Source: Candidatus Omnitrophota bacterium | GTDB taxonomy: Bacteria; Omnitrophota; Gorgyraeia; Zapsychrales; JANLHA01 | Assembly: GCA_029560465.1 (NCBI GenBank) | Contig: JAKQKX010000023.1 | Coordinates: 7,965 to 71,964 of the forward strand | Length of the DNA stretch: 64,000 bases | Direction of reading: 5' to 3' | Shown here: positions 57,061-64,000 of the stretch, one piece after another | How the letters are laid out: every line of letters starts with the position of its first letter | How positions within the stretch are numbered: position 1 is the first letter of the stretch | Translations under genes and position numbers: made by a program | Notes under the pieces: generated by a model | Seen by the model: the letters and a program-made list of their open reading frames with translations, nothing else | What the model was told of the DNA's origin: nothing | Database searches by the model: none

Positions 57061-59592
57061 TTACGGGGAATAAGGTCGCGAGCCCGCCCCTTGTTGACTT
57101 ATAATATTCTTTCTGATCCAGTCCAGGCGTTCCTCCGCGTATTTGGTTTCTTCTGTCTTGTATTCCATAACCCGGGCATAGACGCGTTTCGCCTCCTCCC
57201 AGTTCTCCTGGTCTTCGAAGAGCCGCCCGATACGGAGATAGGCCTTAATGATCCATCCGGTTTCATGCGTGTAAAGGTACGGGATCCTGAAGTATTCCTC
57301 AACGGCTTTGTCGGTCATGTTTAAAAGTTCATAAGTATCGGCGATAGAAAACTGTAATTCAGCCGGTGAATATTCGCAGCGTGACGTGTAATGTGCTTTT
57401 GCGGCCTGGAGCGCTTCGGCAGCAGCCGGATAATTTTCTTGTTTCATATAGATCCCGGCCATTTTGATGAGCGCGTCACATTTAAAATTGGGAGCCAGTT
57501 GGCCGATCTTTTGGTATGTTTCCAAAGCTTCCGCCGGCGGGATGTCTTTGGAAAAAATGTCCGCGATCGCTAATTGGGCTTTGCCGAATATTTCTGGAGA
57601 CGCTTCCCGGGGGATTTCCTGATAATAACGGATGGCCTGATCATACGCGCCTAAAGCGGTATAGGCTTGGCCAAGTTCAAAATAAATGACATGAATTCTT
57701 GGCGAGGACGGGAATTGCTCGATGGCCCTTTTGTAGTGTTGTATGGCGGGTTCCAGCTCGTGGTGTTCAAGACTGTAGTTCCCCAGCCATAAAAGGGCTT
57801 CCAGCGAGGATTCCGTTTTGGCGTCATTTTGAATGATTGCTTCGAACTGGGCGAGGGCCTCGGCTGTCCGGCCCATTTGATAAAGGCATTTGGCAATGTT
57901 AAGCTGCGTGCCCTGAATCAAAGATGGCTCTTCTGGAAACAGGTGTTCGAGGGCCTGAAAGGTTTCAAGGGCTTTTTGATATTCCTTGAGATGGAAGAAC
58001 GCGAGCCCTTTGAGAAAATGGCTGTCCCGGGTCATGCTCTTATCGGTAGGATTCGTTGAAAGATATTGTGAGAGAAATTCAACCGCCTGGGGCATGTCAT
58101 TTTTCTTAAAATAAGCGACCCCGAGGTAATACGGGGCTTCATAGCTGTATTTGGAATTCGGGAAATTATTGAGAAGGCTTTTAAAGGATAAAATAGCCGT
58201 GTCTAGGCGTTGTGACTGGATCAAAGCGATCCCCAGCCGAAACTGGATATAATCTGTGTAGGCGCTGTCCGGATATTCCTTTAAAATTTTATCATAGATG
58301 GCAATGGCTTCTTTGAGATACCCGCTGTCCAGGTGGGCGTCTCCCATCTGCGTGAGCGCGCTGACTTTCACGATGTTGCTGTCACTTTGGGCAATAATGG
58401 TTTTGAATGTGCTCATGGATTTATCAAGGTCTCCGGATTTGAGATATGTCCAGGCTAACCCATAATAGGCTTTTTCCAGGAGTTCGCCTTTGCTTTTCAG
58501 CTTTTCGAGATCAATGATTGTTTGATATTCGCGGATGGCTTTTGGAAAATCCTGCTGTGTGTAATAGATGTTGGCGCGCCCGAGCATCGCTTCCATGGTT
58601 TTGCTGTTTTCCGGGAAAAGTTTGATGATGTTTGTGTAGGCTTCCAGGGCGGCAGGATACGCTTCGATGTGTGTGAAGAGGGTCGCTAACCCCCAGTAGA
58701 CATCGTCCGACAGGACATCCTGGCTAATCGCGAAATCCTCGGCTTCGAGAAAGTGGCGCTTTGACAAATCAAATTTTTCAAGCTTTAGATAACACCACCC
58801 CATGCTGACCCGGGCGATATAGACTATCTTGGGATCATCCGCGAGATCGGCCGCCTTCGCGTAGTATGCCATGGCGGTGAGATAATCCTGTTTGTAGAAT
58901 GTGGCTTCCGCCAGATAAAAAAGCGCTTCTGATTTATGAGGGGCATCGGGAAAGCGTTCCAGATACTTCTGGAATAACGGGATGGCCAGATCATAATGCC
59001 CTTGATTGTGCTCGCATTCCCCTGTTTTAAAAGAGGCGTCTTCTGTAAGGGGATGATCGGGGAACCGGGTGACGAGTCCGTGGAACTGTTGCCCGGCGTT
59101 ATCATAAGCTTTCTTCTCAAAAAAAGTCCAGCCCAAAGAATAGAGGGCTTGGGGGATAAAATCGGATTGGGGGTAGCTTTCTAAGACCTGCTGGTAATAA
59201 TGGGCGGCTTGATTATAATCGGACGCTTTAAAGTATGTTTCACCCAGCCAGAAGTACGTGGCGTCTTTAAGCACGTCAAAGGGCAACAGTTCTTTAAAAA
59301 CGGAATACGCCTGCAAGTACTGGTTTTTGAAAAAATGGCATTGGCCCAAAAGCAGTTTCGCTTGAACCAGTTTCTCAACGTCGGGATTGAGTTTCAGGAA
59401 CTGCTCGATATAACGGATGGCGACATCATAAAAGCCGTCATCAAACGCCCTTTGGGCGACCCAGAAAAGCTCTTGCGTGGAACTGCTCTCTTCTGCCTGG
59501 TCCGCCGCGCTGGCAGGGCCCCCCATGACAAGCGATAGCGCAATGATGAGGCTGGGCAAATATTTTGAATATTTATTGAAGCCGTTGTTCAT
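57061..59592 (-). CDS. Large exported TPR-repeat protein
   Basis: Signal peptide; many TPR units (LGETYF, YPQS..IPQALYSLGW); start set at MNNGF. Confidence 0.85.
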   Translation of the reverse strand: MNNGFNKYSKYLPSLIIALSLVMGGPASAADQAEESSSTQELFWVAQRAFDDGFYDVAIRYIEQFLKLNPDVEKLVQAKLLLGQCHFFKNQYLQAYSVFKELLPFDVLKDATYFWLGETYFKASDYNQAAHYYQQVLESYPQSDFIPQALYSLGWTFFEKKAYDNAGQQFHGLVTRFPDHPLTEDASFKTGECEHNQGHYDLAIPLFQKYLERFPDAPHKSEALFYLAEATFYKQDYLTAMAYYAKAADLADDPKIVYIARVSMGWCYLKLEKFDLSKRHFLEAEDFAISQDVLSDDVYWGLATLFTHIEAYPAALEAYTNIIKLFPENSKTMEAMLGRANIYYTQQDFPKAIREYQTIIDLEKLKSKGELLEKAYYGLAWTYLKSGDLDKSMSTFKTIIAQSDSNIVKVSALTQMGDAHLDSGYLKEAIAIYDKILKEYPDSAYTDYIQFRLGIALIQSQRLDTAILSFKSLLNNFPNSKYSYEAPYYLGVAYFKKNDMPQAVEFLSQYLSTNPTDKSMTRDSHFLKGLAFFHLKEYQKALETFQALEHLFPEEPSLIQGTQLNIAKCLYQMGRTAEALAQFEAIIQNDAKTESSLEALLWLGNYSLEHHELEPAIQHYKRAIEQFPSSPRIHVIYFELGQAYTALGAYDQAIRYYQEIPREASPEIFGKAQLAIADIFSKDIPPAEALETYQKIGQLAPNFKCDALIKMAGIYMKQENYPAAAEALQAAKAHYTSRCEYSPAELQFSIADTYELLNMTDKAVEEYFRIPYLYTHETGWIIKAYLRIGRLFEDQENWEEAKRVYARVMEYKTEETKYAEERLDWIRKNIISQQGAGSRPYSP

Positions 59593-59609
59593 AGCATAGG
59601 TCTTCCCGC

Positions 59610-62417
59610 TCATGATGAAGGACGCCACGCATCCTTAAGGTATTTCCCCGTGTGAGAGTGCGGATCCCGGACAATATCCTCCGGAGGGCCGGCGAAAACC
59701 AATTCTCCTCCCTTATCTCCGCCCTCGGGGCCGAGGTCGATAATAAAATCAGCGTTTTTGATGACTTCCAGGTTGTGTTCAATCACAAGAACCGTGTTCC
59801 CCTTGCTGACGAGTCTTTGCAAAACGTTCAGGAGCTTATCGACATCCGCGAAATGCAGCCCTGTCGTGGGTTCATCCAGGATATACAGAGTTTGTCCCGT
59901 CGAGTGTTTGCAAAGCTCGGTCGCGAGTTTAACACGCTGGGCTTCCCCTCCGGATAAGGTTGTGGCGGGCTGCCCGAGTTTGATGTATCCTAACCCCACA
60001 TCGAATAAAGTTTGTAAAACATTGTTGATCCGAGGTATATTTTCGAAGAAAGACAGCGATTCGTCAACGGACATGTCGAGCACATCCGCGATGTTTTTAT
60101 CCCGGTAATAGACATCCAGGGTTTGGGTGTTGAAGCGCTTCCCTTTGCAGATTTCGCATTCCACATAGACATCGGGGAGAAAATGCATTTCAATTTTTTT
60201 GATACCGTCGCCGCTGCAGGCTTCACAACGCCCCCCTTTGACATTGAAACTGAACCGTCCCGGTTTAAATCCCCTTTTTTTGGAGGCTGGCGTGCGGCTG
60301 TAGAGCTCCCGGATATGACTGAAAACTCCCGTGTATGTCGCGGGGTTGGACCGGGGCGTGCGGCCGATCGGCGTCTGGTCAACCTCAATGACCTTATCGA
60401 TGTGCTCGACGCCTTTCATGTCCCGGAATTGTCCGGGTTTGTCGCGGGACTGGTAAAATTTTTGGGCGAGGGCTTTATAAAGGATGTCATTGACCAGAGT
60501 TGATTTCCCTGACCCGGAAACCCCGGTCACGCAGACAAAGACTCCTAAGGGGATGGAAATGTTGATCCCTTTCAGGTTATTTTCTTTGGCGCCGACGATG
60601 GTTAACCGTTTGGCATCCTTGATGGCCCGGCGCTGTGATGGAACGGGAATCTGTTTTTCGCCGCGTAGATACTGTCCGGTCAGGGATTCCGAAGAGCGCA
60701 ATAGGCCGGGGACATCCCCGGCATAGATGACCTTCCCCCCGAATTCTCCGGCGCCGGGGCCGAGATCAACGACGTAGTCCGCGGCGCGGATGGTGGCCTC
60801 ATCATGTTCGACCACGATTAACGTGTTTCCCATATCCCGCAAGGATTGCAGCGTCGATAAGAGGCGCTCGTTGTCTTTCTGGTGCAGGCCGATGCTCGGC
60901 TCATCCAGGATATAGACCACCCCAACCAGTCCGGACCCGACCTGGGTGGCCAAACGGATGCGTTCCGCCTCCCCTCCGGAGAGTGTGCCGCTTTTTCGGT
61001 CGAGGGTGAGGTACTCTAACCCCACATCCATGCAGAAATCGATACGGCGGATGATTTCTTTTATAATCGGTTCGCTGATGTGGGATTGTGTCCGGTTGAG
61101 TTCCAGGCAACTGAAATAGTTTCTGGTTTCCTTGATCGACATGGCACAGACTTGAGCGATGTTAAGGCCGTTGATCTTGACGGCGAGGGACTCTTTCTTG
61201 AGCCGGTTCCCCCGGCACGTCGGGCACGGCAAAACGGACATATAACGCGCGATCTCGTCCTTAAGCCAGTCGCTGTCGGTTTCCTCGAATAGCCGTTTGA
61301 GGTATTTTTGAATGCCTTCGAACGGTTTTCCCCAGATCAGATCCTCCGATCCTTCAAAAATAATTTTTTTGAACTTCGGGCTTAATTTACGGAACGGGGT
61401 GGCCGGGTCGATGTCATACAGGCCGGCGAGTTCTTTCATGACAGCCCGGTAATACATTAAATAATTCCTGCGGCCTTTACGCCAGGAAGCGATGGCGTTG
61501 ATCCAGGGCTTCGCTGGATCTTCAACGAGAAATTCCGGATCGATTTCCATCTTGGTCCCCAGGCCGTTGCAATCCGGGCAGGCTCCGTACGGGGAATTAA
61601 AGGAAAAAATCCGCGGCTCGATTTCAGCAAGATTAATCCCGCAGTCAACGCAGGAATAATTTTCACTGAATATTTTCTCCGGGTATTTGGGGCCGAAGTT
61701 GACCATGACGATCCCCTGCCCGACTTTCAGGGCTGTTTCCAGCGAGTCCGTCAGGCGTTTCCGGATGGAGGATTTCACGGACAGGCGGTCAACAACAATC
61801 TCGATATGATGGATTTTATACCGGTCCAGCTTGATCATGTCCGTTGTCCCGTAGATCACGCCATCAATGCGCGCGCGGACGAACCCCGCTTTGCTGATCT
61901 GTTTTTGGATGTCTTTATGTTCTCCTTTCTTCCCCCGGATGAACGGGGCGAGGATGATCAGGGGGGTTTCTTCTTCCAGGGCCATCAGCTGTTGGACCAT
62001 CTCTTCGATGGACTGCTGAGTGATTTTTTTGCCGCAACGATGACAGTAAGGCGTTCCTACCCTGGCAAACAAAACTCTCAGGTAGTCATAAATCTCTGTT
62101 TGGGTGGCGACGGTTGACCGGGGGTTATGGCTGATGGTTTTCTGCTCAATTGAGATTGTCGGAGAAAGGCCGCTGATGGATTCGACATTGGGTTTCTGCA
62201 GTTGTTCGAGGAACTGGCGGGCGTAGGCGGATAGACTTTCAACGTAACGGCGTTGCCCTTCCGCGTAAATCGTGTCAAATGCCAGTGATGATTTCCCTGA
62301 GCCGCTTAAGCCGGTGACAACGATAAACTGATTCCGGGGTAGCGTGAGGCTGACATTTTTCAGGTTATGTTCGTTTGCGTTCTTGATAACGATGGCTTCC
62401 GTGTGCATCCTGGACAC
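59610..62417 (-). CDS. uvrA: Excinuclease ABC subunit A
   Basis: GLSGSGKSSLAFDTIYAEGQRRY, two LSGGEA signatures, Zn fingers. Confidence 0.99.
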   Translation of the reverse strand: MSRMHTEAIVIKNANEHNLKNVSLTLPRNQFIVVTGLSGSGKSSLAFDTIYAEGQRRYVESLSAYARQFLEQLQKPNVESISGLSPTISIEQKTISHNPRSTVATQTEIYDYLRVLFARVGTPYCHRCGKKITQQSIEEMVQQLMALEEETPLIILAPFIRGKKGEHKDIQKQISKAGFVRARIDGVIYGTTDMIKLDRYKIHHIEIVVDRLSVKSSIRKRLTDSLETALKVGQGIVMVNFGPKYPEKIFSENYSCVDCGINLAEIEPRIFSFNSPYGACPDCNGLGTKMEIDPEFLVEDPAKPWINAIASWRKGRRNYLMYYRAVMKELAGLYDIDPATPFRKLSPKFKKIIFEGSEDLIWGKPFEGIQKYLKRLFEETDSDWLKDEIARYMSVLPCPTCRGNRLKKESLAVKINGLNIAQVCAMSIKETRNYFSCLELNRTQSHISEPIIKEIIRRIDFCMDVGLEYLTLDRKSGTLSGGEAERIRLATQVGSGLVGVVYILDEPSIGLHQKDNERLLSTLQSLRDMGNTLIVVEHDEATIRAADYVVDLGPGAGEFGGKVIYAGDVPGLLRSSESLTGQYLRGEKQIPVPSQRRAIKDAKRLTIVGAKENNLKGINISIPLGVFVCVTGVSGSGKSTLVNDILYKALAQKFYQSRDKPGQFRDMKGVEHIDKVIEVDQTPIGRTPRSNPATYTGVFSHIRELYSRTPASKKRGFKPGRFSFNVKGGRCEACSGDGIKKIEMHFLPDVYVECEICKGKRFNTQTLDVYYRDKNIADVLDMSVDESLSFFENIPRINNVLQTLFDVGLGYIKLGQPATTLSGGEAQRVKLATELCKHSTGQTLYILDEPTTGLHFADVDKLLNVLQRLVSKGNTVLVIEHNLEVIKNADFIIDLGPEGGDKGGELVFAGPPEDIVRDPHSHTGKYLKDAWRPSS

Positions 62418-62492
62418 TCCGCAGTTTCCCGTAAGGTTATTTTACGAAATTAATATTATACAAGCGACTGATGATTAGGGGAAGAGTAATCT

Positions 62493-62531
62493 AAAATAGC
62501 CCCTGTTATAAGATATAACAGGGGCTATTTT
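62493..62531. terminator. Intrinsic terminator (symmetric) after the Lys-rich protein gene
   Basis: 18-bp inverted repeat AAAATAGCCCCTGTTATA-aga-TATAACAGGGGCTATTTT. Confidence 0.8.
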
Positions 62532-62546
62532 TTTACATAAACGATG

Positions 62547-62852
62547 CTATTTTCTTTTTGCGGTTTTCTTGGCAGGCTTCTTACTTTTCTTGGTTGAGGC
62601 TTTCTTTGTCGCTTTCTTTTTCTTCTTGGAACCGCCGCGGACCATCTTGGCGCAGGCGATATCCCCATTCTTGTCGATAAAATACAGGTAACCCGCCTCT
62701 TTTTTGATGCCGACTTTAGCGACTTTTTTCGGCTTTCCACCCTTTTTGCTTCCACGAGCCATGATCGCGCAAGAAACATCACCGTCTTTGTCTACAAAGT
62801 AAAGGTATCCCTTTTCTTTTTGGACTCCAACTTTAGCTACCTTTTTAGCCAT
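62547..62852 (-). CDS. Small basic tandem-repeat protein with histone H1-like Lys/Ala tail
   Basis: Two copies of KKVAKVG..KE.GYLYF.DK.GD..CA.M.RG, then KKATKKASTKKSKKPAKK; strong AGGAGGTG SD. Confidence 0.8.
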   Translation of the reverse strand: MAKKVAKVGVQKEKGYLYFVDKDGDVSCAIMARGSKKGGKPKKVAKVGIKKEAGYLYFIDKNGDIACAKMVRGGSKKKKKATKKASTKKSKKPAKKTAKRK

Positions 62853-62884
62853 AGTTTCACCTCCTTTCTAATAAATATTTAAAA

Positions 62885-63730
62885 CTATGTGCCGATGCGA
62901 ACCCCACTGCAAAATTCTTTTAGTGTTTGGATAGCGGACAGCACGGCCAGATAACTCGTTTTCGGATTATCCGGGCAAATAACATTCTCAGTGCGGCTGA
63001 CCATATGACCAAAATCTCCTTGGATGTCAATTTCATGGGAGTTTATTGTATATTCTGGTGATGTCAGAATGCGGATTACGATTTTTGATTTTGCGTGTGA
63101 GGCGAGCGCCAGCGTGGCAGCGACATTGATGTTTCTTGGGAAAAGCCGTACGGCGTCATCAACGCTTCCTTCGAAAATACAAGTTTCTCCTGTTATGGCC
63201 CCGAGGTTGATCCCCTGGTCTTCGATATAGCGGTTTTGGGAGAACCCTGAAACCGGCTTCCGGGTGGTCAACGTGATTTTTTTAATTGGGGCCAGGGATG
63301 CGGACTTCACCGCGTCGATTCCCGCAACAGCCCCCGAAGGGATAAGGATGGCGCAGCCATTTTTAAGCGACAAAGCGAACAGGTCTTCCGCGTTGAGGAG
63401 CTTCCCGACGCTCATCGTGAGGACGTTTTTCCGGGACTCTAAAGCCTGTTGTATAAAGTTGCGCGTATCGGAGTTTATCGCTTCAACAAGGATGTCACAA
63501 TCCTGCAACAAAGCCGGGAATGATTCTTTGACGAGATTGTCTTGAGAAATGGATTGCTCGAGTTGAGCAGATTTTGATGTGTCGATGTCGTAAAGGCCGC
63601 TTAAAGAACATACTGGCTGCAATTCGTTCTTAATGCTGCGCGCGATTCTCGAGCCGATGGCCCCGCACCCTAGAACCGCTACTTTTTTAATTTTTCTGAT
63701 GTTTCCTACGTCCACAGAATTTAATTCCAT
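62885..63730 (-). CDS. nadX: L-aspartate dehydrogenase
   Basis: GCGAIG, SGAVAGID, FPRNINVAATL and NPKTSYLA motifs. Confidence 0.92.
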   Translation of the reverse strand: MELNSVDVGNIRKIKKVAVLGCGAIGSRIARSIKNELQPVCSLSGLYDIDTSKSAQLEQSISQDNLVKESFPALLQDCDILVEAINSDTRNFIQQALESRKNVLTMSVGKLLNAEDLFALSLKNGCAILIPSGAVAGIDAVKSASLAPIKKITLTTRKPVSGFSQNRYIEDQGINLGAITGETCIFEGSVDDAVRLFPRNINVAATLALASHAKSKIVIRILTSPEYTINSHEIDIQGDFGHMVSRTENVICPDNPKTSYLAVLSAIQTLKEFCSGVRIGT

Positions 63731-63753
63731 AGGATGAAAGACGCTGGATTTTT

Positions 63754-64000
63754 TTAGACCCGCAACAGAACATTATCAATCAACCGGGCCTTACCAAGCC
63801 GGACAGCCAGAGCCAGTAATACGGTACCCTGGATGATTTTAACCGGTTCTAACGTTTCGGCGTTAACACACATGACGTATTCAATATTTCCTTGAGGACA
63901 GCGGCTGTTTAGAAATTGTGCCATCATTTGAGTTAAGCGCCGGGGATCCTGTTCCCCCCGGCGGATTTCTGCTTCAGCCATTTTGAGCGTTTGATATAAG
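63754..64000 (-). CDS. panC: Pantoate--beta-alanine ligase (C-terminal part; starts beyond the window)
   Basis: IEYV..V.AETL...LALAVRLGKARLIDN motif. Confidence 0.88.
   Translation of the reverse strand, partial: LYQTLKMAEAEIRRGEQDPRRLTQMMAQFLNSRCPQGNIEYVMCVNAETLEPVKIIQGTVLLALAVRLGKARLIDNVLLRV

Noticed and set aside
1-64000. CRISPR arrays, IS elements, rRNA, defence systems
   Set aside because: No spaced repeats, transposase or integrase motifs, rRNA-like sequence or defence genes were seen by eye.

Overview
A gene-dense bacterial chromosome segment with almost every gene on the minus strand; only a PilZ gene and a pseudo-receiver gene lie on the plus strand. The organism looks diderm (secretin, SurA, PEP-CTERM protein, ExbBD). 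Gene content is compatible with a PVC-superphylum, Omnitrophota-like lineage, but that is unverified inference. Most of the window is housekeeping: dTDP-rhamnose genes, queH, nnrD, acpS, pdxJ/pdxA, cdaA, folP, ftsH, tilS, tsaD, ctpA, gatCAB, rsmA, surA, mfd, secDF, yajC, rpsP, trpE, hisDBHAFI, alaS, degP, recA, rsmE, uvrA, nadX, panC and two tRNAs. There is no evident mobile element or CRISPR array. The most notable items are: (1) a four-gene operon encoding MgtC, a bactofilin fused to an excisionase/BldC-type HTH, a membrane-anchored HTH of the same type and a lipoprotein; (2) a type IV pilus locus whose pilin operon is led by a c-di-GMP-I riboswitch with a terminator, plus an MshEN-bearing PilB and a PilM-PilN fusion; (3) an adjacent TPR-ExbB-ExbD-TonB-anchor-Zn ribbon-PilX operon; (4) a 49-aa TM-only CdaR missed by the ORF track; (5) a minimal 633-aa Mfd; (6) a plant-type NRS/ER enzyme in place of rmlC/rmlD; (7) a tandem-repeat, Lys-rich chromatin-like protein. 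All calls come from reading motifs by eye; no database searches were run.
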